From assembly GCA_050084985.1 (NCBI GenBank), contig JBITNC010000001.1, positions 17,670,001-17,734,000 on the forward strand: a stretch of 64,000 nucleotides of DNA, written 5' to 3'. The notes beneath the pieces are model-generated. The model saw only the letters and a program-made list of their open reading frames with translations, ran no database searches and had not been told where the DNA came from. The position numbers and the translations under genes are program-made. Source of the DNA: Nageia nagi (taxonomy: Eukaryota > Plantae > Pinophyta). Below, one piece after another: positions 48,601 through 61,599 of the stretch (its first letter is position 1; each line of letters starts with the position of its first letter).

Positions 48601-51600
48601 CAGAATCAAAATTGACCAAAACGCACTTTTTCGTGATAATGACCATTTTTTAGCTTTCCGGTTTTAGAATATATTATACTTAGGTATAATATTTGCTTAA
48701 GTTCTCTAGGAGTATTTTATTCTTTATTCCTAGGTTTAATTATTTTTTAGTTTGTTATGATTAGATCATAACAAATATTTGTCATCTTGTGGATTTTATC
48801 CTCATGCATGGTTATCATGCATTTGTCCACTAGCTTGTACTTTCCCCTATTTATTTGGGCTCTCCTTCATTGTATAATATCAATTCATTATATTTCCTTT
48901 CATGGTATCAAAGCTAAACGGTCTCTAAATCTGCCCTCAAAGTTTGTTTAGCGAATTTGTGAGGAGGGATTGGCCCCACCTCCATTTTTTTGTTACATTC
49001 CAATTTGTTGTGGCAGATGTCCTATTTTTTTATGAGATCCGAAGTGTTGGAATCTTGATACACATAAGATTACGCATCATCCATCTTAACCTCTTAAGCG
49101 TCATTGGTTGGTCGTAGGATGTGGTTTTATTTTTTGGTATTTTCTGGGTGTCTCTAATGAGTTTCCTATAGATGCTTCTTACATGGTGTGACTCTTTGGT
49201 GACTGAATCTGCATTCGTGCTTCTTTGCTGCTCATTTGTGCCTCTGCTGTGTGGATATCTTTGTTGCATTTTATTTTATGGGTCTCCTTGTTTGGCCACC
49301 ATGCGTGGACTTTTGTTTGTCGGGCATGTCTTGCATTGCGATGATTGATTCCATTAGTTCACTAGCCTATACGTTGTCTCTTCACAACTTGCTTGCAAGC
49401 TTGGACGTTGCATGGTTGGTGGCCTGTACTTTGTGTGGGGAGCACATTTTTGTCTAGGCTAAATTATCTTATTGTGGACGCCCACTTGTGCCATATTTGG
49501 CATCGTTCGGCTCTTTGAATGATCTACGTTTTTTTTTGGAGATCGAATTTGTTGTGCTCCTTGTGTGGAGCTCTCCTCATTTTTCATGGGCTCTTCTGTA
49601 GGCTCATCTCCTGCTCTCGGCACCTTTGATACGCACCATCCTAGCCTCCCTGGCAGCTCCTTCCATGGGTGTTTTTAGCATCACATACGCTACCCATATC
49701 TATTGCAGCTCATCTTCGCATGGAAAATCGGCCCTTTTCTATGTGTGTCTTGGCCAAACATCTGCTTCGCTTTTCATCACCGTCTCTTTCACTAGTTCAC
49801 AGCTCGCTTGCTAATTGGATCTCTCCGCTGACTAGACTGCATTTTTGGCGTGCTTGGTTGGCTGAAAAACGTCATATTGAAGATAGACACATTTTTCGAG
49901 TTAATTATTGATCAAATTTGATTTCTGGCAATGGATTTGGATACCCATTTTCGAGATAAACACTTTTGGTTTTTGTCTCACTCAATTTCAAGGTCATTTG
50001 GCAAAGTTACAAGCCTTGGAAGATTTGGATTGCATTCCAATTTCGAATTTTTTGGGCAGTTTCAGTCATCGGTGGTTTTTTTGCCTTATTCTGAGTTTCG
50101 GTGGTTATTTTTCGGAATTGTCAATTTCACAATCTTCTTGGTTCCTGTTGGTCGTTTTGACTATAAATACAACCCCATTTGGTCCACCTACTACCCGAAA
50201 TTTCAGTCGGAAGTTTCAGAATTAGATTATTAATTAAATTGGTCAAATTTAATTTGATTAATTTTCTAAAGTTTTGGGCTCTACGAATTTGATTTTTACC
50301 TCTCAACCAAATTAATTAAATATCTTGAGCTCCAGGTATTCGTTTAGGGTGTCGTTTTTTGCATTGTGGAGCAGACTTTGGGTATTTTTTGATGAACTTG
50401 GTTGTAAGCCTGATCTATAAAGGCATTTTTTTATGGGGGTAATGTTTTTTTGGTATTCTTTTATTGCCTTGTTGGGTGCCTTAACAAGTCTTATAGTGCA
50501 ACTCATGGTTTCTACCCTTGTCCTTAAGGTAGTGTATTTGACTCCTTCGTGGATCTTATGGTGGTCTTTCCATTACCTTATTTTGTGACTTGCTATTTCT
50601 CCTCGTCGGCATTAAGGGGGATTGTCGACTACTAATGCTTCCTCTTTTTGGATGCAACCTCTTTTTTAAGGATCTCAGCATACGAGCTCCAAGCTTGGCT
50701 CTCTAATGACGTGTGCTTTCTTCTTTGCATAAGGACTCCTGGCTTGGCTCTCTAATGATGTGTGCTCCTTATTCTCCATGGTACACGGGCTCCTCGTTGG
50801 TCTCTTGGCTTAGCTCTCTAATGACATGTTCACGAGAATTATGCTACTTTTTTTGCTTGTGGTCTACTAGCTGCATTGCTGATATAATTTTCGTATTGGA
50901 GTTTGTGCCCTAGTTTCAGGTTGAAGGACTCTCTTTGTTGGTGTTGATCAAGTAGTGTTGTGTGGCTCACTGCTGCATATTGGTAGCTCTTTGATCCTGA
51001 TTTATTTGGAGGTTCTTCAGCTTTTGGCTTACAGTTGTTCGTTGGCATCAATCTCTTCACATCATTATACTAGATAAAGTGAGCATGATTTCTTGAGTGG
51101 TGATGGAAGTTATCCACCTTCTTGCTTTTCTTTCTCTCTTTTAGGGGGTAGTTTTTCCTACGGGTTTTTACCTTTTCTCTGCTTATGAGAGATTTTTTGT
51201 ATATGAGTACCTAATCAAGCCTTGTTGCCGAGACTCTTTTTTTTGTGGATGTGCCACTTTACCTCCTTATTCACTTAAGGGGGAGTGTTAGAGTATATTA
51301 TATTTTGGTATAATATTTGTTTAAGTTCTCTAGGAGTATTTTATTCTTTACTTCTAGGTTTAAATATTTGTTAGTTTGTTATGATTAGATCATAACAAAT
51401 ATTTTTCATCTTGTGGATTTTATCCTCACGCATGGTTATCATGCATTTGTCCACTAGCTTGTATTTTGCCCTATTTATTTGGGCTCTCCATTGTATAATA
51501 TCAATTCATTATATTTCCTTTCATCCAAGCTAATACTTGACAAAAACGCTTATCTTTGTCACCTTCGTTACATCCATTGCTCTCGAACTTAAACTTGAGA

Positions 51601-51939
51601 AAAACACTCATTTTCGTCACACTTGACACTTGTGAGCTCACACTTTGCAAAAACGACCCCATCTCCATTGGCTTCATTCTAGACACAAAAAATCCATGCT
51701 TTGATACTCTCTCTCAGATCCTAGCTCCTTAGCTCCAAAATCAGTGATTGGATACTTTGATACTGTTTAGGGTCTTCTTCGCAAGATCTCCTTGAATCAC
51801 TCCCTAATATCATGCTTGCACTCTTTAGAATGAACTATCCGTCGCCAAAAGCCAATTTCAAGGCAATGCACCTCATTGCCTTTGCAAAAATAGGGTCCCC
51901 AAAATCTTGTATTTTGGGGTGTGTTGTGCGGGCACAACA
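45644..51939 (-). mobile_element. Solo LTR B2 (~3.4 kb net), nested in a family A LTR
   Basis: Perfect TSD GGGTC; starts TGTTGTGCCCGCACAACA on the minus strand; reverse-complement homolog of B1. Confidence 0.9.
48662..51523 (+). mobile_element. Structurally complete non-coding LTR element (TRIM-like, copia-type signals), nested in B2
   Basis: ~240-bp LTRs at 48662-48902 and 51286-51523; PBS TGGTATCAAAGC at 48903; PPT AAGGGGGAG ending at 51285; decayed TSD TCCGG/TCCAA; no gag/pol recognisable inside. Confidence 0.88.
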
Positions 51940-52307
51940 GGGTCTAGGTGTCATAATGGACCAACGTAGTGGTCTAGGAGTCTCCCCAAGGCTGGCGCAT
52001 GTATACAAGTGCTCATCCATCCAAGTGTAAAACCAATCAAGATCGATATCTCCAAGTATAATAAAACATCTAATCTATGCTTGGGAGGGAGACATCCCAC
52101 TTGGGGCTCACAGTGGGGTCCATCAACCCATTAAGTCTTCTATCCCAAGCTACAACTTGAAAGTACAATGCAACAATAAAATATATTACAAAGAGGAATC
52201 TGCTGGATTTCACAATTAATTACAATGATGCAAGGGGGACGTCACAAAGCCTCCACCATCTTCCTCCAAGTACCTCCCTAGGAGAGGGTTAGTACCTTGT
52301 GGTGCTC

Positions 52308-53553
52308 TGTGATGATCTAAAATCACCCTTAGCAAAAACGAACCAAGCTACGGCTTCTATAACCCTCAAGCACCCAACGATTGCCCCCTAGGGCATACAA
52401 ACACCTCAATGCACCAATGTGGGCCTCCTAGGTCTTCCACACTACACACCACACCAAACAATGATCTTACAAAGCTGACATCAGCCCCTAGGGCTTATCC
52501 AGCACTAAGCTAACCACACGAATGCGACACAACAACAATGGACAACACAGAAATATCCGAGATGGGGCCACACCACAATACTGAGCCAGAACAAGCCTCC
52601 AACACCACTGTATCACAACGCATGCATACAAAGGGAACAACACAATGATGATAGAGACACAAGCTGTATTATATCATGGAATAACAATGGAGTACAATGA
52701 GGATCTCAACATCCAGATCTAAGGTTCCAAACCCTTGTACAAGCCGAACACCATAGGAAAGACTCACTCTCTCAAACAATGAATCTTCTCCTACAAAGGA
52801 GCCTCCTCGACCTCTAGCAACCACTGAAGGTAGAAGTTTACCTTCGAAATACCACCAGATGGACTAGGTGACCCACCTAAGTCATAGAATGCCAAGCTCC
52901 CAACCCTGTCACTCCTCTAGACGTCGTCTAGGAATAATGCTCAACACCAACAAAACTTGTATGCCCGATCGGATTTAGTATAGAAGAAGTATAATCAATA
53001 GCTAACCTCCTCATGGAGCTCCATCCTCAATATATAGCCTCACGTGTCTATCCATCATACCTCTTTATCATCCCAAGCCAAGTCTATTCCAACATTGGGG
53101 TCAACAGGTCAACCATGCCAACATGGGGGTAATATTGGCCCAGTATGCTAACGTGGGGGTCCCATGGACCCAAAGTGCCAACGTGGGGACCATAAAGGCC
53201 CTCAAGGCTAACGTGCGGTCTAATCGGCCTCCTCAAGCTGACGTGGGGGTCCAGGTGACCTCATAAGCCAACATTGGGTATGTGGGGCCCTCCCAATGTT
53301 GGTATGCTCTTCTATGCACCTCTGGAGTATACAAGACTCATGCCTATCTAGGGATTCCCATAATCTGGGATAACCCATTACAAGTTAACACAACACTACT
53401 CAAATGGAGACATCCCATGACTGGGCTCACAGTGGGGTTCGCAAACCATAAGCTCCTGCTTGTGTTACACATGTACAACATGATCATAAACAAAACACTA
53501 GATTACAAAGTGACCATGACACATTTTGTCAATGGTCCAAATGGGACGTCACA
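52308..53553 (-). mobile_element. Solo LTR, family C (C2, 1246 bp)
   Basis: TGTGATG...GACGTCACA; perfect TSD TGCTC. Confidence 0.92.
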
Positions 53554-55286
53554 TGCTCGATGTGAATGGGATCTTAGAAATGTGGGTTCTGGATGACCCA
53601 AAGATCCATGGTGAGTAGATTCCTGATCTCTCAAGCTATGGGATCTCCTCATGCTCAGCTCCATGTCTGCCCTATCCTCCTTATGCAGCTCCTCTTTTAT
53701 CACCTGGAATAGAGCGTGGGCGGCTGACTTGCCTCTTTGGTTACTCACAAACTCCCACATGCCTGTTCAGTTGTCATTGCAAGGCAGTGATGGCTCCCAT
53801 CATGTTATGGATGGCCGAGATGAGCTCATTGAACTTCAAGTTCAGGCATGGAGTCCCGAACTAAAGTAGATCTTCCTCTCTTGGCCATTGTAGACCTTCC
53901 TCTTGGCGCATCATCCTCCTCTCCGAATGCACCCTCATTCGACGCCTCATTCATCCATGGCTGATGATCCTCCTCATGGACGGCCAAAGAAGGTGCTTCT
54001 TCGGTTTGTGACTTTCCGCTCTTCCTTGTAGACGCCATCTCTCTCCAAGTGCTAAATCTAGTGTAATAGCAATGTACTACAAGTCTCATACATAGGTTGG
54101 CCAGATCCAAGCTCTGATACAACTGTAAGGATCCCAAACACAACTCAAGTGCAAATCAGCAAATTCGATTACAAAAATCCTAACGTCTAGTCTAGGGCAT
54201 CAAAATTGAGTATTCACAACACAATATTGCCAACATCTAACTAAGAAAAGCAAATAGCAATGTACAAACCCCCACAATGCCAATGTCTGGCTCATACATG
54301 CATTAATGAACAAATATACCAAAACGTTGCAATAATGTACACAAGAACAATACAACATGAGATCCGAATGCCCAATGGCTGTATATATAATAATCAATGA
54401 CAAGTGATACAATACGAAGCTCCTAGAGTTGGACGTTGACCTCCAAGGAGCCAACTAGGGCACAATTGAATGTCTCTCACTGTTGGATGGACGGTAGAAC
54501 CATGGGACAATATTGCTTCCTTGAAACCCGAATCCTCTCCATCGAAGGAGCCCTCCTCTAATCTTGGCAATCACTGAAGGTAGAAGCGCAACCTCGAAAC
54601 ACCATCGAATGGGCAAGGGTGCTACACCAATGTCGTAGGCTACAGGATCCCTCAGCTTGATAGCCCTCCTAGATGCTACACCTAGGGGATTGCTTAGCGT
54701 TGTTAAGATTTTTGTCCATAAGACGGTATTAAGAGATAATAGTATAATCAGCTATATCCAACAATGAGGCTCCAATGCCTCCTTATACACTCAACTTTGT
54801 CTAGATCTCACCTAGGAGTCATCACTCGACTACTCCATCCCAATGTTAGCATCTTGGGGGCCCAAAATGCCCAACATGGGTGGCTAGGGGTCAAGCATGC
54901 CAACGTGGGGGTCTAGGAGTGTCACGTATGCCCAATGTGGGTCTAGGAACCATACGTGGGGTCTAGGTGTCATAATGGACCAACATGGGAGTCTAGGAGT
55001 CTCCCCAAGGATGGCGCATGTATATAAGTGCTCATCCATCCATTTAAGTGTAAAAAAGACCTTGGGATTCCCACAATCAAGATCAGGATCTCCAATTATA
55101 ATAAAACACCTAATATATGCTTGGGAGGGAGATGTCCCACTTGGGGCTCGCAGTGGGGTCCATCGACCCATTAAGTCTTCTATCCCAAGCTACAACTTGA
55201 AAGTACAATGCAACAATAAAATATATTACAATGGGGAATCCGCTGGATTCCACAATTAATTACAATGATGCAAGGGGGATGTCACA

Positions 55287-56499
55287 TTTTGTAAAATTTT
55301 CCTAGATCACCTTTACCACCAAATCCCCCTAAGCCTGTCAAAAACCAGCAGTTTGAAAAATGCTTCGTAAATTGCCAAAGTTTTGCTAGGAACATTCAAA
55401 TGAAGGACAAGTCCAGATTTGAAGAAAGAAGGTGCTTAAAGATGGTGAAAAGGATCCATAATTGCTTCAAAGCGTCTAGATCAAATGAAGAAGGCTCAAA
55501 TTTTAAGCTTTTCCTATTTATTTAGTTTACTAACTTAATGGGATGAATTTTTCTCCCATAAGTTCAAATGTAATTTCAAAACAATTTCAATTTCATTTCG
55601 TTTGAATTAGGGTTTGGGCAACAGTAAGAAATTTTGAAACTCTATAAATAGACCCTATGGGATCATTTTATGAAAAAATTGTAAACTCATTTGAACCAAA
55701 ATTTGAAGACTCAAGTGAAGATTTGTATCATTTGGTGTTGTGGATTGGATCTTTGGATAATGCATATTTCTTTGCAATGATTCATATGTTTTTGTACCTT
55801 TTTCCCTGAAAACTTTATAGTTTTAGGAAAAGTTTGTTATAAATTTTTTGAAGCATTAGAATTGTTTGAAGATTGTTACTCTTCTACAACATGCATGTAC
55901 AATGTTTGTATTCTGAATTGAACTGCTTTCTATGTTGTTTACTTATAAATCCACATTCAAACTATGTGGTGACCATGTCACATTCTTCCCTCCATATGTG
56001 ATTCTTGAAGAATCAAACTGATTTTTGCTCTACTTTGTTTATGATTTGGCCAATGTCATTCATATCTAGGTTTGAAGAATGGATGTGATTTCCTAACTAA
56101 CTTGAAAGGCACAAAATTTAGACAATGCAACATTGGTGGTAATCCATGTTGAGGCTCGACGCTACTTCTTTGGTCATTCTCCCCTATTTTGCTTTACTTT
56201 TATTTTTCTTTCTTTGAAAATCCAATGATTGCTAAACACGATCAAATAATCATGGACCGGAATCAACTTCGATAAAGGTAAGACATCCCAAAACTAGAAA
56301 CAAACTCCAAAGGCCTATAAGACGTGACTTAACAGCTACCTTCTCCCCATTCCTAAACTATCCCAAAGTTTACCATAAAACTTACATACCACTTTCGAGC
56401 AGGGATAGGTGATGCCATCTCACCTACCTGTTGTGGAACCATTTTCCAGTTTGCCATATTCCGATGACAGGTGTAAGGGGAAAGAAAAACCTCCCAATA
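55287..56499 (+). mobile_element. 3' part of a B/X/Y-superfamily long LTR, abutting the copia gag remnant
   Basis: GGGCAAC...CTATAAATAG promoter block like B1; end GGAAAGAAAAACCTCCCAATA resembles the Y end GGAAAGAAAAACTACCCAACA. Confidence 0.6.
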
Positions 56500-57740
56500 G
56501 ATGATTGATTTTTCTTTCCACCATTTTGTTCCTTCTTTATATGCCAATAGTCATTTATTGAGCGTCCGGGCTTCCCACAATGCAAACACTTCCCTTTCTC
56601 CTTCTATCCTTTTAACTCAGATCTCAATTGTGATCTTCCTCCCACAACTAGGGCTTCATTGATAGAGGGTTCCAGAGACAATTTCCACCTCAAATCTTCT
56701 CCCAACAAAGCGGCTACCACATTATCAGTATTTAGAGTTCCTGATGATGCATTATTGATGGTCACCACCAAATGATCCTAGATGTCCGAGAGGGAATAAA
56801 GTAAAGTGATTGCTCTATCCTCATCATCCATCTTCACATTAATAGAAAGTAGTTTACTAATTAGGGTATTGAACTCATTCAGATGATTTACCACAATCGA
56901 GCCCTTCTGCATCTTCAGATTATAAAGTCGTTTTTTCATAAAACCCTTATTTGTTGTTTTTTTAGTCTCATACAACTTCTCAAGCTTCTTCCAAAGGGCT
57001 TTTGTGGTCTTCTCTTCAACAATGTTGAATAAGATAGAGTTTGTTAGATAGAAATGAATTGTAGAAACTGTCTTCCTGTCCATCTTGCCCACTCCTCACC
57101 TATCATGCTTCTTGGCTTATTCGCAACCCCTTTCAAGGCTAGGGCTTGCTCGTTCTGAACCAACAAATCCTCCACCTTCATCTTCCATAGGGAAAAGTTC
57201 TTATCATCAAACTTCTCAATCTCAAACTTGGTTACACCTCCTAGCATTGTTAGAGCTACCACTAATACAAAACTCTTAACAAGTTTCAAGAGAACCTAGC
57301 TCTAGAACCAACTGTTAGAACTCAAAAAGCAAATTGCAACAAAAACAACATAAATATTAAACTAGAAATAAGACACGAGATTAACGTGGAAAACCTTGTT
57401 GTATGCAAGGAAAAACCTAGGGCAAAAGGCAGCTTTGATCTTTTATTAATCGCAGAGAACATTACACTTTTCTCACCTTCTATCAACTTCAAGGGATCAT
57501 TCTCTTTTCATAGAAAATAAAATAGCCTAAGGATAGTGTTTATTAATAAAGCGCTTATTTATAATGCATCTAATAATAAAACAACTTTACATTTATTAAT
57601 AGAACATCAGTACATCTAATAATAAAACAGTTGTACATCTATTAATAGAACAACTGTACATTTATTAATAGAACAGCATGTGTTACTCTAGTGTGGAGAT
57701 CTGGATATTGACTTCACCTGCTAAGAACTCTTAAGTTTCA
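56500..57740 (-). mobile_element. Ty1/copia (Tnt1-like) 5' fragment: LTR (~57740-57313), decayed PBS, gag pseudogene
   Basis: KFEIEKFDDKNFSLWKMKVEDLLVQ...LWKKLEKLYE...LYNLKMQKG..V.NHLNEFN (UBN2-type gag); zinc-knuckle remnant CLHCGKPG; PBS-like TGGTTCTAGAGC at 57310-57299; ~23-bp tandem units in the LTR. Confidence 0.88.
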
Positions 57741-58018
57741 CAACTATGGGAATTACTGCTTGGCTAACTTAGAGTAAATATTGTTCAGACCACCATTAGA
57801 ATAGAACTTTCTAAGCCACAAAAGTCAGGTTTTCTTAATGTGGATAATATCCAAACATGCCTTAAAGGTGGACTTAACATGAATCATAAGGATTAAGAAA
57901 TGGCTATTTTATTAATATGCAAGGGAAACCATCCAGCACAATCAACCATAATAGACATTGGACATTCATAAAACAGTTTATTTGAAGTTAAACCTGACAA
58001 GAAATAGGATATGCTTAC

Positions 58019-58106
58019 AGTTTACATCTGCAGTCCGAAGGAAGTATGAATGCAAACTGTGAGCAAGCATAAGTGGATCCACAGATTTACTTGCTGCAGC
58101 AAGTGC
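58019..58106 (-). CDS. ACH2: Acyl-CoA thioesterase II (ACH2/TesB/ACOT8-like), first exon found in window: ALAAASKSVDPLMLAHSLHSYFLRTADVN
   Basis: Acceptor ...aatgcAG and donor GTaagc; 88 nt, phase 0 to 1. Matches the TesB motif ALAAA.K.V......HSLHSYFL. The symbol denotes the family; orthology is not established. Confidence 0.92.
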
Positions 58107-60734
58107 CTGCATTGTCAGCATTTTGTTAAAACATTTCTTTCTTGTACAAAAAATAAAACTACAGTCCTTATTATCTATTATTAATTATTATAAACCCAAA
58201 TGTTATTTCTTTAAAGAAGGAATTAATCAGGAAAAATATTAAGCAACTTGAGACTTTCACAGCAAATGAAGCAGGACAAAAAGGTGAAGCAAGACAGGAC
58301 ATTGGAGAAATGAAACAGAAAATTGAAGCACAGCAACATGGAATGGAAAAGTTCCAAATGAGAAACACTGCAATCCGCCTCAATTGAAACAAAACACAAA
58401 AAGAAACAAAGGAGAAGCACAAGTAAAAAAGAGGAGAAAGGGGAAAACTCCTCCTATGCCAATGATGATACTGAAGAAGAACAGCCACAGCTGATTGACA
58501 CAACTGGACCCATACAGCCTAAGAAACACAGGGTGAAATCAGAGAGCCTCACAACAAGGAAATTTGCAGGCAAATGCGTAAAGATGCAAAAACTGCAGCA
58601 GGAACTCTGAGCCTGAAGTATAAGGATTACCACAGAATCATCAGATGTGAAAGACTGATATAGCTTCTGTGTGTCTTGCTTAATCTCATTTTAAAACTGC
58701 CTAGCTTAGTGCTACAATTTTTCTTACAATGGACTTTGAATTATTTTGGCAAAAGGTTCAGGGAGCCTGTAGAAAAACCCTTTCTTGATGTAACACTATT
58801 TACCCAATTAAAAAACATCTTAGATTTTCAGAGCAGTCACATCTGGCAAAATCTCTAAACCCAACGTTTAGGCCTTCTATCTGAACCCAACTTCAGCAGA
58901 AACCTGAAGCTAGAGATTAATCCAACAGAATGCACATAATTTGTCTACGTTTCAAAGACTCTCTTCTGCCTATATCACTACAATAAATGAACTTGTCATC
59001 ATCATAATACTATAACTAATCCTACTTGCATACAAGCATACTCTTTTTTATATTCATAGGTAGCTGCAATAATGTATAACAACTGAATGAAAAGCAATTA
59101 GCTTATGATTAGTGGTTTTATGGAGTGGTAATTACAATTATCATTTGACTCAGTTCATTGTGATATTAAGTTAATTAATAATTCAAATCACATGATCAAC
59201 TTAACAATTGCAGTGTATGACTTGAATAGAGCTAAAAAATAGATATTAACTAATCACATAATTCTGCAAGAATTATCCCCTGATGATGGGGTAGAGAGTC
59301 AGAGACAGATAAAAACGTCATGTTAAACATGATAGGATTAAACTGGATTCTGATGGTGTGTTCAAGATTAACCCTGAATTTGCCAAAGAAGGCATTAGTA
59401 GGTTATGATATAAGGGCAAATAATGTAGTTGAGACACTGACTCTTTGGAATGGTCTCTCCCTATGTAAGCAAATGCACTTTTGGGTGAAGGGAGACTCCC
59501 TGAAATCATCAACACAATCAACAGGCAAGCAGGGATTGGCTAGAAAGAAAAGAACATTAGCAATTCAATAAGTATACAGCATCATTGGTCAACGGAAATG
59601 CACATGCACATATAAAGAGGGGAACAAAGTGGGAACTTTTATTCTCCTGGACAAGGAATTACATCTATACCATGCCCCATCGCATGATGAGATGGTGTCT
59701 TTGGTTTCAATTGAATTCATCCCTGTCAAACACTAAAAGTCACATCCCCTAAATTCTCTCCTAAAAGCCCACTTGTACTACCATAACTCTAAGACTATCC
59801 CAACTTTTCTCACATGCTTTGGAAATTTGCACCAAATTCACCTCACATAAGTGTGGATCACATGGAAGAGGTGATGAATAGACCACTGGACAACTTCCAA
59901 GCAAGCATTATTCAACTTTGCTTTATATCCGTTCACACCATGTTCTCTATCATGCAACCTATCCATGTGCCCAACACCTTCAAGAAGGAAGATACAACCT
60001 CTGCATGAAATCATGAAGAACGACAGAAAAAAACTATGGGAAGGCAAATTATGCTATAGGAAACCCAAAGAAGGATGCAACACAGTTTACAGGGAAGAAG
60101 TCTGTCCATTATTTCTTACACCACCTTAACAGCTTCTGCACACTGGCTAGAAGACGGTAAAAGCTGAAAATGCCACATCCTTGAACATGAAATTGAGAAC
60201 CAAAAACCACATGCCAATAGTAAAATGGCTAGAGAGGATGAAAAGTAGTATGATACAAAGAAAGAAAAATCCCATTTACAAGCTGTTCCAAACTCTCATT
60301 GGAAAAAAGAAACAATTAAACTGGTAGTTTTACTAAGACTTAATATGTTCATGTCTAAAATACACTCTCCAAAGACTAGACCTAGACACATCTATATGAG
60401 TTACCTACAGAATGCAGAGAGGTTATGTATTATACATCTGAAGAAATAAAAGAATGATTCTTACTTAATCCCTACACTCAACATTGAATATAAATACAAA
60501 AATAGTATCATTATCTGCCCTTCTGCTGAATATGTTGCATGTTTGTGTGTGCATGCATGAGAGAAAGAAATAAATAAAGAAAATATATTAATGACCATGG
60601 GCGACCAAAAGCGGTCAATGGGACTAGACCATAGTGTGGTGAAGTACCAAGCAAGGCCTAAGATTGCTCTTCCTAAAGCTAAATCAAACTAAAGAGATAC
60701 AATAAGGGGTCAAAACCCTAAAAAACTATGTTCT

Positions 60735-61598
60735 ACAGAGTTTCTGGGATGAGGATGATAGGGTACAGCGGAGGTACGACAGTATTAAAATATGATAAAG
60801 TATAAATAAAGTATTAAAATTTAATAATATTAATTACATAATCAAGATTCAAAATTATCAATCAAACATGTCATTTAATCATATTTTAATTTTCATTATC
60901 AATGATCATAGAGTTTAAACTTTAGACATATGAATAATAGAATACTGAATAATGAGAGTCTAATATGAGAACAATGAACATAGCAAAATGCCAAAATGTC
61001 AAACTCAAAAGTAAAACATATCATATCATGATATCAATATGAGTCTGATACAAGAACATACTACATAGCAATATGTGAAGACTCAAAGCCAAAACATATC
61101 ATATGAGAGTATGATATAAGAACATAACAAAATGCTAAAATGCCCAAATGTCAAAGACTCAAAACATATGAGAAATCAAAGAATCAATCCTCATATTTTG
61201 AGTCTTCATGCTCCATAGGATCTAGAATCCTCATCCTCTTCACCACTACTCAATCAACAATCCCAGCTATTGGGACCCCAAATCCAACATCCCATCGTGT
61301 AGTTGGAGTTGATATGTACTTTGATGTCTTCTGCTCCTGGAGATGCCAGTCACTATGAACTGCAACTAGCTTCATTGCTCGTCTAGATGTAAGCATGTTC
61401 CTCTTCATTGAGTGAATGAAGTTATAAGTTGACTAGTTCCTCTCAATAGAAGAGGAACTAGCAACCTGAGAAAGGAGACAAATGGCAAGAGCACATAGCA
61501 ATGGAGCTCCATCTCCATGTAGTGACCACCATCCCATGGGGTTCCCACTTTAGATTTCTTCTCTCCCTCCCTCATCCATTCTACCATTAAGAGGATCA
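60735..61598 (-). mobile_element. hAT transposon 3' remnant with C-terminal dimerisation domain
   Basis: About 61545-61320 translates WWSLHGDGAPLLCALAICLLSQVASSSSIERN*STYNFIHSMKRNMLTSRRAMKLVAVHS, the canonical hAT dimerisation signature. Boundaries approximate. Confidence 0.82.
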
Positions 61599-61599
61599 A

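Larger units (their letters stand above)
45164..55286 (-). mobile_element. Family A short non-autonomous LTR element: 5' LTR 55286-54124, PBS 54122-54111, ~0.6 kb net internal region, second LTR 52246-45164 (truncated and interrupted by B2)
   Basis: PBS TTGTATCAGAGC (1 mismatch); purine-rich tract GGAGGAAGATGGTGGAGG before the second LTR; two homologous LTRs in direct orientation. Left end and TSD are lost. Confidence 0.65.

Noticed and set aside
59318-59571. Candidate upstream thioesterase exon (expected FRG...VFGGQ..GQ)
   Set aside because: No frame inspected between 58107 and 64000 gave the motif; the exon is probably beyond the window.
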